A stretch of DNA of 64,000 nucleotides from Amoebophrya sp. A120 (Eukaryota; Protista; Dinoflagellata). Every line of letters starts with the position of its first letter. The stretch's first letter is position 1. The notes beneath the pieces were generated by a model. The model did no database searches, was not told where the DNA came from, and saw nothing but the letters and a program-made list of their open reading frames with translations. Positions 48,662 through 60,933 of the stretch are shown here, one piece after another. The translations under genes were made by a program, and so were the position numbers. Where the stretch lies: positions 4,768,518 through 4,832,517 of the forward strand of contig CAJINV010000004.1 in NCBI GenBank assembly GCA_905178155.1. Direction: 5' to 3'.

Positions 48662-49314
48662 CGAGGAAGTTGAACACAGACGATGTAAGGAAGCGACACA
48701 TCCTGGGCGTACTAGTCCCTGAAACCTAACGATGTATCCAGCTACTTCTGTAGAATTTCACCTCCCAGTAACTAAAACTACCAACCGCGGACCGAAAGCC
48801 AATAACTTTTTATCGATTCCATATATAATGTTGAAAAAGTTTCTTTTGAAAATCTTGCCATGATATTTGTCGTGGTCTACTTGTAACCATCACCCGACGC
48901 TATTCTTGTCGCAGATTTCCGAGTCTTCACATAACAGCTGGATTGTGCCATGTTGAAGAGCTGATCAATTTATCCTCATTCCCTTTCTGAACGAGGTTGG
49001 GCGTTGAGTTGTACTTATTCGCCTGCTCTTGTGGCAAGAACACCTCTTGTTCTTCACTGCGCGGTACTCAGTCGCGGCAAAAGACAGCAACATCAAAGAG
49101 CGAGCGATAGAGAAAAGGGCACGCAGCAGGCAGATGAAATGGGCTCGTCCCTGCTCCCTTGCAGTTCTTGTATCGGAGCAAAAAGGCCTAGACCTCTTAG
49201 CGCTAATATCGCTTGCTCTTCTAGTGACGAATCTGACGAGTAGAGGATTGAGTTCTACTGTTGCGCTGCCCAGCGAGGACTCGTGGTCCCCTACCACCGC
49301 CACCGTTCGCAACG

Positions 49315-52300
49315 ATGAGCGAGGACGCCGCAGTACCGCCGCCAGCAGCAGCTGCGGCAATCGCGGATGCGGATATGACTCCCCCACAACAAACCGAAGA
49401 CGAGCCGACCAAACCAAAGCAGTCGATCGACGAACAGATAGCCGCGCAGGTGCCCTTATCCTTTGCGAAAGTATTCTTTGTACAACTCGAAAACGGACGT
49501 CTATACCCTATCTGACATGACAAACTCGTCCGCTTTTGATCTACTTACTTGGTAAAAATTGTGATGCGAAGATTTCTAATAGTAGTATGAACAAGATCAT
49601 ACAACTTTTGCAATGCATAGCGCCTGCGGCCGGTGACCGAGATCGCGGCACTGCTCAACATTCCGCACGAGTTATGGAAGCGTCAGGATTGAAATCGTCA
49701 AAGTTGAAATCTTTTCTCATGCATAAACTCCAAGGCATCAAGTGCCTCTCTTGCAGGGACGGCAAGCGAGGCCCACTGTCAGCCTGTTTGGGGTCTGCGG
49801 TAGAGCTGCTACAGAAGCATCACACAAGGCGCCTTCTGTCCCGCAACAGCATGACAAACTGGATTTAGACGGTCCCGAAATTTGTCATGCACCGCTTGAA
49901 AAATGGGGCGGGGGTCCAACTGGTACCGATTTTATGCTTCACAAGTTTTTCAACTTTGTCGATTTCAAACCTGGCACTCCCATACGAGTTTGTCGATCCG
50001 TATGGAAAGTTCAAGGCGAAAATCGATGCGCAGAGGTACTACGCGAGTATTTGGGAAAAGGGGTCTCTGTCCTCCGCTTCGTCTACTTCTTCCCGATCAT
50101 CTATCCACAGTAACTAAACTTCCCGCACACGTACAAATGCCGTGTCTGCATGACAAAACTTGGCCCCGATCTTAGTTTAGCATGACAAGCATCACGACAC
50201 GCCAAAGAAATTGAAATCTGTGATGCATTTTGTACATGTGCGCGAAATTTGTATTGCATATCATCTTCACGCCTCGTACTCGTTACTGGTATGACCCCCA
50301 CGAAAGCCGGAGAGGGAAAAACCACGACCACGGTGGGGCTGACCGACGCCTTGCGGCTCCTCGGGAAAAAAAGCATCGCGTGTCTGCGGGAGCCGAGTCT
50401 AGGGCCGGTGTTTGGGATGAAAGGAGGGGCTGCGGGGGGAGGTTGGTCGCAGGTATGAAATTACTTATATTTTCTTGTGGTTGTGCTTGTGTCATCATGA
50501 GGCACGACAAAGGAAAACTTCTGTAGTAGTACTTTCCATGCAACACAAGTCTCGCTCCTGCTGTCCTTCACCTACTTCAACTTCCGCATCATAACATTCA
50601 AAACCACTCCCAGACAACATAATTTCAATGCACAACGGCCAGGTAGTCCCGATGGATGAAATAAACCTCCACTTCACGGGCGATTTCCACGCGATCACGA
50701 GCGCGCTATGAGGGTGCGCAACTTCTACTCCCACTCCCTTTCCTTTGCAGGGTACAGACGACGTCCTCGAAAACGATGTATTACTAGCGTCTGTGTGACA
50801 AATCTTCCACGCAAGACGAGTAGTGCTAGAAGATGAGGGCGTGTGTGATTGAGCTGTGCTTTTGCCTGACAAAAGAGAGGGGGCAGGGGTACGACGAGTT
50901 CTTCACTGTTATATGCACACAACCTGCTGTCTGCCATGGTGGACAACCACATCTACTGGAAAAAGCAGCCCGAGATCGACGTGCGCCGCATTATATCCCC
51001 TGCAAAAGTATCGTACTCGTACTAATCGCATCCATGCATTACATTTTTCTTTCTCAAGTTAAATCCGCATTACTTTTTTCTTTCTCATGCTGAGGAAATT
51101 TGTCATGCGATTTATTTTTATAGGATACTTCTAGTACGATGCTTTTGCATTTCATACATCACTTGGAAGCGCGTGCTCGACATGAACGACCGGGCACTGC
51201 GAAAATTGACGGTTGCACTCGGCGGTCCGGGGAACGGCTACCCGCGCGAGGACGGCTTCGACATCACCGTGGCGTCCGAGGTCATGGCGATTCTTTGCCT
51301 CGCGACCGATTTCCCCGATTTGGAGCGACGGCTGGGCAACATTGTCGTCGGCCACACGCGGAAACGAGACATGGTAACCGCCCGGGACTTGAAGGCCCAC
51401 GGTGCGATGGCGGCCTTGCTAAAGGACGCGTTTAAGCCGAATTTGGTCCAAACCCTCGGCGGCTCCCTATGGCGTTCTCAAACGTTACATTCTCAACTCG
51501 AACTCGAATTTGTATTGCATGAATTTGCAAGGACTTGTATTGCGAGGACAGCAAGAGTGAAGGTGGCAAGCTTGCTGCTTTTGCATCACAGATTTGGCAC
51601 AGATTCAGATGTTGGCGGGCCCTTCGGAGATTTGTCATGCGACGTAGCTTGATCATCTGGCGGTTTATGGTAGTTTCGCATGACAAATCCAGGCAACAGG
51701 AGTTGAGAGTGGACCAGTTGAGAGCCCCATACCCCCCTGCGTTGATCCACGGGGGCCCCTTCGCGAACATCGCGCACGGCTGCAACTCCGTGCAGGCGAC
51801 CAAACTCGGGTTGGAGCTTGGTGACATCGTCGTGACGGAAGCCGGATTTGGTGCCGACCTCGGGGCGGAAAAGTTCATTGACATCAAGTGCCGAGCCGCG
51901 GGGTTGATCCCCGACGTTGTGGCGATGGTGGTCTCCTGCCGGGCACTGAAAATGCACGGCGGGGTCGGTGAGAAGGAGCTGAAAACAGAAAACTTAGCGG
52001 CAATCAAAACTGGTTTGGCCAACGTGGAGCGGCACTGCGAAAACCTGGCGAAGTTCGGGCTGCCGATCGTCATTTCGGTGAACAAGTTCCCAACGGTATC
52101 CTGAGCAAAAACGTGGCCGTGGTCCCCGGTCCCCATGTCATTAGTCATATTAGTCTTGATGCACGACAGGATTTTATTTGCATTAGCTGCTCTTGCTCAC
52201 GTGTTTCTTATCGATAAAGCTGAAGCTCTGCATGAGAGCCTTGTTAGGCTCTTTTCTGCACTTGGGACGACGTGACTAGTTTTTGCACTGGATAAACGGA

Positions 52301-53040
52301 TACGGACGCGGAGTTGAGCCTCGCGTGTGAAACCTGTGCGACTTTTCCGAACGTTCAAGCGGCCTTGGTGGGGGACCACTGGGCGCACGGCGGGGCGGGC
52401 ATTCAGGGCGTGGCGGAAGCGGTTCTCAAGTGCGTGGAGGATAGTGGAACAGGCACAACAACTACGTTGAAAACCCTGTACCCATCGGACCTGCCGCTGG
52501 CACAGAAAATCGAGGCCATCGCGCAGAATATTTATCGGGCAAAGGGTGTCATTTTCGCCGATGAAGCCAGGACCGCGCTGAAGGGAATGCAGGAGAAGGG
52601 GTGAGCGCAGCCATATTTAGAGTAGATGGGTGTTCATCTGTTCATTTCATCGAATACACAAGCTGCATGTTGGACAATGATGAATCCTGATGTTGATTAG
52701 CTTGATCACGATCAGTAACAGTTGTATCTGCTTTCGCTCCTGCGAACTACACTTCATCGCACCGTTCTACCTTTTATACGAGTTCACGCACATCATCAAC
52801 CTCAGATTTGGCCATCTCCCCGTCTGTATCGCGAAAACCCAGTACAGCTTCAGTGACGACGCGAAGAAGGTAAATGCGGCAATAGACCACGAGCTGCACG
52901 TCTCCGAGGTCAGGCTGAACGCCGGGGCAGAGTTTGTCGTGGCGATCTGCGGCGCCATTATGACGATGCCCGGCTTACCGGAAACACCCGCGGCGGAAAA
53001 CATTGGGCTAGTGGATGGGCAAGTGCACGGGCTGTTCTAG
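49315..53040 (+). CDS. fhs: Formate--tetrahydrofolate ligase (FTHFS), monofunctional
   Basis: [147 protein letters not shown] introns 50453-50642 and 52601-52805, plus 7 TIR inserts. Confidence 0.95.
49457..49619. mobile_element. Degenerate family C-like element, also removable as GT-AG intron 49450-49620
   Basis: TATCCTTTGCGAAAGT / ACTTTTGCAATGCATA. Flanks GCCCT/GCGCC are poorly matched. Both the 168-bp and 171-bp removals keep frame. Confidence 0.6.
49673..49984. mobile_element. Introner-like element, family B (312 bp), TSD CGAGT
   Basis: Same length as, and alignable with, 4338-4649. Joins NIPHE|[11 protein letters not shown] in FTHFS. Confidence 0.93.
50102..50260. mobile_element. Introner-like element (159 bp), TSD TCATC
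   Basis: Imperfect TIR (CGCACACGTACAAATGC / GCATTTTGTACATGTGCG). Removing 164 bp restores frame. Confidence 0.85.
50707..50913. mobile_element. Diverged introner-like element (207 bp), TSD CGCGC/TGCAC
   Basis: TAT..ATA ends and a weak TIR. Removing 212 bp reconstitutes conserved HAITSA|HNLL. Confidence 0.8.
50994..51156. mobile_element. Introner-like element, family C (163 bp), TSD CATTA/CATCA
   Basis: TGCAAAAGTATCGTACT / AGTACGATGCTTTTGCA. Removal gives conserved IDVRRI|[11 protein letters not shown]. Confidence 0.92.
51468..51731. mobile_element. Introner-like element, family F (264 bp), TSD CTCCC/CCCCC
   Basis: Starts TATGGCGTTCTCAAACGTTACATT, as does 16610. Removal gives [10 protein letters not shown]|[10 protein letters not shown]. 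Confidence 0.92.
52097..52294. mobile_element. Introner-like element, family H-like (198 bp), TSD AACGG
   Basis: TATCCTGAGCAAAAAC / GTTTTTGCACTGGATA. Removal gives VNKFPT|DTDAEL. Confidence 0.9.
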
Positions 53041-53704
53041 CTGGCATTTCCAAAGTGGTGCGAGGCTGCGAGTCAAAAATGCAGACGATTTATGTGTATG
53101 AAGGAGAAAGTGGATTTAGAGTTTGTTGTCCATTGATGTGAGCTCCTCACTTTTTGCATTTCTGGACGAAACGAATACCCCACTGTGAGCAAGTCGACGC
53201 CTCCTGATGTCGATTGTCCGCGCGTCGTGTAAGATAGTGAGACTCGTCACGTCGTCGAAGTAAAACAAATGCACATCAGTAGTTGTAGTTGAAGACACAT
53301 GAAATTAAAAACGAAACAAACGCTCCCAGCTGGGCCTGTTTGACATCAGCGCCGACGATAACCACTAACGTTCGGCGTACATCTCCTGGTAGTACTCTGA
53401 CTCTCTTCGGCCGTGGCATTTCGGATTCAGGAGTACCAGAGAAAAAACACTCGTCACGCTGGTGGAGTGAATCGAGCGAGCTACTAAAAAACTGCAATGA
53501 AGAAGACTACGGGGAGATGTTGTAGCCCTGTGCTTGTTTCTGGAGGAACCCCCGGAAGATGAAATAGGCCGCTTCTTAGCACAGAAAGACCACCGCGGTC
53601 ACAACGTCAAGAATGCACTTGCTCGTCAAATCCCCCACAGCAACTGGATCGAAAACTAGTAATGTAGTACTACAGTGAGTCCACAGACCTATCTTTGTCT
53701 TTCT

Positions 53705-55439
53705 ATGCTTCACCACAATGCCAAGCCCTCTTCTCTCTCCCCGCCGCGGCGCAACGTCATCCGTTGCCGGTTGTGTGGCGGTGAGTTTCTCCGGGACGGA
53801 TTTCCTTTTCACGCGAAGAAATGCGCGAAGAAGTTCTTTGTCGACCTGGATCCGGGCGATCCAACAGCCTGGAAAAAGTGCGCCGTTCTAGTAAACAACA
53901 GCAGCACTGAGACTTTGCCGATCCATCGGCATAGAGGAAGAAATTCTTCTAATGGAGAAGCAGCTGCGTTTTCGCCAAGTGCGGGTACTAGAGATGGTTG
54001 TAGCTTCTCGCCGGAGGTGGAAGAGCATGTTGGTGAAGCAGGGGGTGATGGTGCGCAGCTGCCAGACCTCCTCCAGCACCGCCCAGATCTTCATGCCGGC
54101 GGTGGACTACAAATTGACTGTCAGGGAGCTGCAACAGCAACTGGTGAATCAAATACCGGTATTGTATCATACGAAAAAAGTGTTTCACTGTAAGGATTTT
54201 GCAAGTTGTGCATCACAAGTTCGTTCTACATCACAGGGAAAATTTGCCATGCGAGATTCCTAAGGGAAAACACAGCTAAAAATCCACTGTCTTGCATGTG
54301 TAGCAAGAGAAACATTTCTCGGATACATTTTCATCTGCATTACAAGTTTACAGTGAAACAGTTTTTTCTTGCGATATATTGAACCTCTGGAGCAGTGCAG
54401 CATTTGCGGTCGGTCCTTCTTCGCGTCACGATTGAAAAAACACGAGGATATTTGTCGCAGGAATCAAGAAAGGCGGCTGCATCACCAGAACGAGTCATTG
54501 CCTCTGGAATCTTCAGGCAGACGGACGGGAGCAGGACTGCACTTCAATAAAAGTAGAAATTCTGCTGGTACTGCACGACCTTCAGCGCAACAGATAAAAC
54601 ATTCGCAAAGTGCGGGAAGCCTGCGGGAAAATGTTGACTCACGGCCACCCGGTGGTGGTGCTCCTGGAAAGGATATACATCAACCGCGCCCAAATAGAGA
54701 CCAGGACCGCACGCACACGACCCATACTTCGAACAACCAGGACCATCGGGAAGATGCTGGGGGCGGCGCTGGGGTACTAGAACAAGCCCAACTTCTGTCA
54801 CTACAAGAAGAACGGAACACGCACCAGGCCGAACCACGGCAAAAAGACCACTTGGAACAACGCCAGCACTTGTCTGCTTCGAGCTCGTCCACCAGGTCTC
54901 TGCATCTGGACTACTACAACCAACTCGCGGAACCACATCAAGTACAACTGCCTACTGCCCGTAGAACCGCTTTCAGCACCACCAAATTTGGCGCGTTCAG
55001 TCCAACTGCGAAGACAAGTACTAAAAGCCTCAATTTCGTCACACGGAGCAGCGCATCCCTGCACGCCAAAGTGGACTTCGATGGACGAGCGAGACCAAGA
55101 CGCAGTATTTTGTCCTCAGGCACCAAGGCGGCGCAGCAGCACGCGGCGGAATGGGGGAGAAACGCAGCGGCAATGCAGGAGGGACTGGGGGGGCGAGGTG
55201 GAGGAAATTATGGGTCCTCGTCCATGCTCGGGGGCCCAGGCGGAGGAGGAGGTACTATGAAGACGGAGAAAAGTAGCTGGTGGAGCGGGAATCCTGTACA
55301 GACGTGTTACAAGACCAATTCCTTTCTCACTCAAGGTGCTAGCTTTTTCGCGGAATCCGCTGCAACGGCGCGTTTGAACCAGACGAGTCGTGGCACGATA
55401 GCACTGCCGGCACGAGTGCCAAATATGAACAAGTCGTGA
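53705..55439 (+). CDS. C2HC-type zinc-finger protein (zf-C2HC_2; ZC2HC1/ZNF474-like)
   Basis: CRLCGGEF..FHAKKC and CSICGRSFFASRLKKHEDIC are joined in frame after removing 217 bp (element 54165-54376 + TSD). Start uncertain. Confidence 0.7.
54165..54376. mobile_element. Introner-like element, family E (212 bp), TSD TATTG
   Basis: TATCATACGAAAAAAGTGTTTCACTGTAA / TTACAGTGAAACAGTTTTTTCTTGCGATA. Frame restored. Confidence 0.93.
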
Positions 55440-56292
55440 AGTACTAGTACTAGAAGGTCGATATTGTAATTGCCCTTACAACTAGTACGCAGGCGACAAC
55501 TGCAGGCGCCAAAGAAAGATGTTCTGGCAGATTCGTTCTTCATTCTTCGTCGTGCGGAAAATAAGTCCTCAAGAAAAAGATCTAGCCATCATCATCGAGG
55601 TCTAGCAGACGGAAGCAGCGCCGCGGCTCCCTGTCCCTCCATGTCGTGTCAAATCATGACTATCAAGGAAAGAAAGGTGTGTCGTATGCGGTTTTGCACC
55701 TTTCTGGGCTCACGTCTTGAGCAAAACCAAAAGCGACACAATCAAAGAACGACGAGCGTGCTTAATATCTTGATCTACAGAACGCGCTCTCTCCTATACC
55801 TTGATCATGCTCCTTAGTGAGGAACTGGCTGCGCGCTTATCTTGCAATCGCGAGAAAAATATACGGGAGTGCTAATCAACAAGATCAAAACTCTACTACA
55901 CCGTAGAAAAACCGCTCCCTTCATGATCATCGATGCACCAGTAGATCGTCCTGGGAGTGGGATCTAACTCTTTCTCAGAGTCAACCGATTGTGATCCCAG
56001 CTGATATCTTTTGATTTGGATCTCCGAGCTGTTCTGTTGGTTTGACGTTATATATTTTTTGTCACAGGAGCGTATATATGTTGATAGGCGGCACCATTAT
56101 ATGATTATCGATTTCGCTCGTACAAAATGAAAATATGAGCTTTCGCTTTTATTCTGATACCGATACCCACAAAACCTAGTTATAGTTTTCGTTCCCACCT
56201 CGATCTCAGCCGTAGCAGCCATCAAAAATTTTGCGCACGACCTTTCTATCTTTTGAAGATTTGTTTCATCCAGACTCACTATATTTTTCAGC

Positions 56293-59200
56293 ATGGGCAG
56301 CAATTCGTCGCCACCTTCAGGTGCCGCGGACGGGGTGTTATCGTCGAAACTCGATGACGCCGTGCCCATGCATTTTCCGTTGACAAAGACCACCCTCCTC
56401 AAGCGGCGCAAGTTCTTTATTTACGCCATCGGCAACACGCGCGCGACCAACATTCTCATACGCCATGCGAACCTGCAGAAGTGCGCGACCTTTGAAACGG
56501 GCGCTTGGTGCACGGGAAAGGACGTCACCAGCGAATCTGAAATCGCAACAACAGGCGTGAACACCCGACTGGACCTGGACGTGTTATGCCTCGGCTGCGG
56601 GGATCTTCGCAATGTACTGTTCTCGCTGGTTGACGCAGATCCCACCAACACCACCCTACGGCTTACCATTAACGACTTCGATCCCCACGTTCTGGCACGC
56701 AACATCCTCATACTCGATTGCATTTACAACGGCATCAACAGTGCGACTGCGCCTGCGGACGAAAGAACCACCGAAAAGGAAAACAAGAACAGCAAAACCA
56801 CAACAAAAATGAAGAGCAGCACGCTGTCGGTCGAAGAGCTGCGTACGATCTTTGCGATATGGTTTTCCTTGGGCCTTACAGCGACCCAGCGCCGCGCACT
56901 GAACAGCAAACTACGGCACCTCATCAAAGAATGGGAAGCGACGGGCTCCTGCGACCACGAGGCTTCCAAAGTAGTACATCCAGAAGGTGCCAAGGAAGGA
57001 GAAGGGCCTCGTGATTCGTGTGCAATGCAGGAGGGAGAGCCAGCGCCTAGTCCTTGTGGTGTGAAGACCTCGACCAGTTCGAGTTTCCGTTGGAAAAGAC
57101 GGGTTACCGGCGGACGCGATGAGAAGGTGCGCATTGTCGAAATCTGGAAGAAATGGTTGCGCTTTTTCAACTGTTGAAAAAGCGCAACCATTTCTTCCAG
57201 ATTTCGACAACGACGAAAAATAACTCAAAACACCAAGGGCGTACACGAAAATAACTCAAACACCAAGGGCGTACACTCCACGTGGACAAACATTCAACAG
57301 ATGCGCGAAGCCGCTGTGTTGAAAGGCCTAGGTCGGGTGAATGCGGAAGTCCGTAACTTCGCACACAACGCGCCGCAAGGCTCAGCCCTGAAAACCTTCT
57401 TCCGTGGGCGACCTTCTGGTGGTATGCTCAGCGCCTTCCACGTTTTCTCTCTCTCCTCCGGTCTAAAAAGAGTTACCGAATCGCTTCTCGACGAAAACAC
57501 GGACTATTTGTGCACAGGCGTCTTTAACCCAAGTTCACTGATCGAAAAGATCGACACGACCACAACTGCCTGGCACGTGAACCCGACGCTCTTTTGGCGC
57601 GAGAGCGCGTTCGATTTGCACTACGGAACAAACCCGATTGACGCCTTCTCGATGGTGAAGCCTGACGGCCGGAGCCAGCTCACGCAATGCTTCGACGAGT
57701 TCCAGACCTGGGTGACGGCAACGCGGGCTCACCGATTAAACGTTGAATGGACGTTCGACTGCCAGAACGCTGTGAATTTTTGCAGCAGTGTGGGTTTGAA
57801 GCGACTGGAAAATTCAATTTCTCCTGGCAGCAATCTAGGAAGAAATTCTGAAGCGGACTCGAAAGAAGCGGAACTCGCGGACGAACTAGCAGATGCTCGA
57901 AAAATGGAATCAATCCAGCGGGGATCTCTGGTGAAAATTTCTGGGTTGGTTTCCCAGGCTCAACACAATGGTTGCGTCGGTGTGGTCACCACTGAATTTG
58001 ACGCTGACAGGGGTCGTATCGGAGTCCGTGTTCTCGAGAAGGATGAACTTTGTGACGCAGCAAACCACGACGCAGGATTATATTCTTCAGCTGCCATCGA
58101 AGCTGGTAAGAGTAGCACATCGGAGTCCTCCTCTTCCAAAATCAAAACCCGGCTGCTCCTTCGTCCTGTCAATCTTGCGCCCTTTTTGAATTCTTCTGAC
58201 CAAGCTGACAAAGATTGCGTGCCTGCTTCTCGTTTCGACGTCATTACGAGCTCGAATCTGGCTGATCACATCGGGTTGCTCACGGTTGTACTCATGACGC
58301 GTCCGCTACTCCGCGACTACGGCGTCTTGCTGACCAGCACCTTCGTGCACCGGAGCCAAGGCATGAGCCAGCCAGTGATTGGATCAGGGACCTACAGAGA
58401 ATTTTTCGATGACATGTTACTGAAGATCGATCCGTGCCACTGGGAGAGCATTTTCGGGTTCCGGGCGGTGGGGTTCGAGCCCGATGTACTCGCTCCACCC
58501 CTAGACAAGACAAATTCCGAGCTGGATGTACCCACCATTACGAGAGGTGTTCAGCCGGAAGAGATGCAGAGTGACAGGCAGGACGCTCATGTAACGTGGA
58601 TCGCGTGCCCGCGAGCCAACATTCGACATGCAGTGGCCGCGGAGGGCGGTACTCGTGGAGCAGCACTGACAGACAAGATTTTTGGGTGTGAAAGTGACAC
58701 CCTACTTCACCCGGTGCGAGCCTCGGTCACGGTTTTGCTCTCTGGTCGCTTCGCGCTGGACAAAACGGCACTGGAAGCTGCTCTGCGCAAAAACCCACAC
58801 TGCACCGAAGTCAAAACTCTTTTCGGGCTCTTGTCGAATCCGTCTAGCCTCTCGTCCCTGAGCCGTGCAGAAGACAAAAGCGAGGAAGACGAAGTCGTTT
58901 TGTGCAAAGTTGCATTGACCACAACAGAGATGAAGCAACATTTCGGGGAAGATAACATCACTCCAACCTTTGGCGTTCAACTTGGGACATCCAAGATTTT
59001 CGGAACATGGGCAGATACCGACGACTCACAGGTGCCGCTGTCAAACATTTTCTTCTTCGCAAGCCGTAGCGACGTCAAAAAAGCCGGCGGAAACTGCAAG
59101 CTATTTTCGATCGCACAACAGAACTTGCTGTTCTTTTCCTTGTTTGGCCAATCGGGATTTTCTGAGCTTCGCTCCGTATCCCGGACCGTAGAAATAATCG

Positions 59201-60933
59201 GCGCGCCCTCGGAGCGCGATGTAGCCACCCTTCGGAAGCACTACGGTCTAGAACCTACACTGGCGGGCTTGACACCGAATAATTCCTGTACGGCCAGTAC
59301 TACTCCCGGTCTGTTCACGTTCACCATCGCAGAAGAAACTACGAAAAGCCTCCACTTGCGCTATTGTGCACAATGTCCGCAGGTCTTTCGCGAGGCCCTT
59401 GTCGTAAAAGTAGCAGCACTAAGTTCTACTCGGCTTCAAGTGAAGGTGCGCATTCATCCCACGATGAATGGGGCTGCAGGTGAAACAGTAGAAGCAGCCG
59501 AGATCAACCACGATGTGCAGTTTGCCTGCCCCGTGTCCGCGGACGGTTGGTGGTCGGCCAAGGACGGCACATTTATTGTGAAGAAGGTTCCGCATTCGTT
59601 CTTTTCGTCCGCGCGACGGATCTTTACGGCGAACATGTTTGTCCCCGAAGACGGTAGAGTTTTTTGTGCCTCCATGTTGCGATGCGTGGGCGGTATGCTG
59701 TTCTCGACGACGGAAAGGGCGCAGCGGGAGGACTTCGAACAGCAGCGTACTAGAAGTGCGATAACGAGTCCGCGCAAGAAAAAGCCGGTTCTGCTGCGCA
59801 TGAAAGACGTCTGCATGACTTTGCTACAGTTCTCGGACGAAAAGGTCCACGCGATCTTCGACCACGCGGGTTGCGTTTGCATCGTCTTCCACCACGGCCT
59901 CGTGATGAATCGGCAGTCGGGACTGCCCTTTGTCGATGTTTCTGTCTGCATGCTCCGCCAATCCTGGGCTACTGTAGCAGTTACCGCTGTCCGTCCGGAA
60001 CTGATGCACGGTTGCCCTCAGCACACACTGTCCGAAGAGGAGTATGCCTTCTTCTGTAACTGGTGTCGGTATTCCATCGCGTCTTGCACACCTTCCATGG
60101 CCGCCGAGCACCCGGAGCTGCGCAGCCTCGTCAGCTGTGGCAAAAAGGCCGCCTGGGTCCGCCAGCGTTGCGTGCGCGTCCTTCTCGGTCCCCTGTTTCC
60201 CTCCATGAACTCAATCGACTCGTCGCGCGACCACCTCGACATGGATGCTCCTCACCGCGAACTTCCACAGGAACAAGACGACAGCTTTGCAAAATTCGCG
60301 AGCAAGCTGATAGGCAACAGCAAAAAGAAGCCGGCGGACATCAAGGCTGCAGCACCAAGCGGATCCTCTGTGGCCGATTTCAAAGCGAAGGGCAACCACT
60401 TTTACCAGAAGTCGTACTTCACCGACGCGGCGGACCAGTTTCACGCGGGGGAGGAGTGCTTCTCCAAAATTGCCAATCCTACCTTTGCGGAGGTCTTCGA
60501 TGGAGTTGCGTGCTCTGCGAACGCCGCCAGCGCTTACCTCCGGGGCAACGCTTACATCGGGAAGAGCGAAGTGAAGCCGAGCACCACGACACTGGGAACT
60601 ACAACCGGATCGGGAACTAAGCCGCCCCCGAGAATGAATATTACGATGTTCGACATGAAGGCCCACACAGCGGCAACCACGGCAATCGACACCGCCGACA
60701 AGTACTTGAAACTCTGGGCCGCGAACTCGCCAGCGACTTCGCCGGCGCAAAAGGATGTTCTCCGGCTCGAAGCTCTCAAAATCAAAGCACTGTTCCGCCG
60801 AGGGCAGGCGACGCTCGGAATGAAAGAAGCCGTGACCGATTTAACGCTGGCCAATGAGCTTGGGCACGGGGAGGACGCGAAGGTCCGGGACATGCTCCGG
60901 CTCGCCGAAGAAATGCTGGAGGTCAAGAAGTAA
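56293..60933 (+). CDS. DUF4470-domain protein with C-terminal TPR, interrupted at ~57172-57246 by a palindromic insertion containing an in-frame stop
   Basis: IYAIGNTRATNIL, DVLCLGCGDLRNVLFSL, INDFDPHVLARNILIL (DUF4470), FDVITSSNLADHIG, TPR-like KAKGNHFY..KALFRRGQA. ORFs 56293 and 57301 are in the same frame. Confidence 0.75.
57134..57276. repeat. Perfect 38-bp-arm palindrome (57134-57210, 1-nt loop) followed by a ~31-bp tandem duplication
   Basis: TTGTCGAAATCTGGAAGAAATGGTTGCGCTTTTTCAAC-T-exact reverse complement, then GAAAA(A)TAACTCAAA(A)CACCAAGGGCGTACAC twice. Confidence 0.95.
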
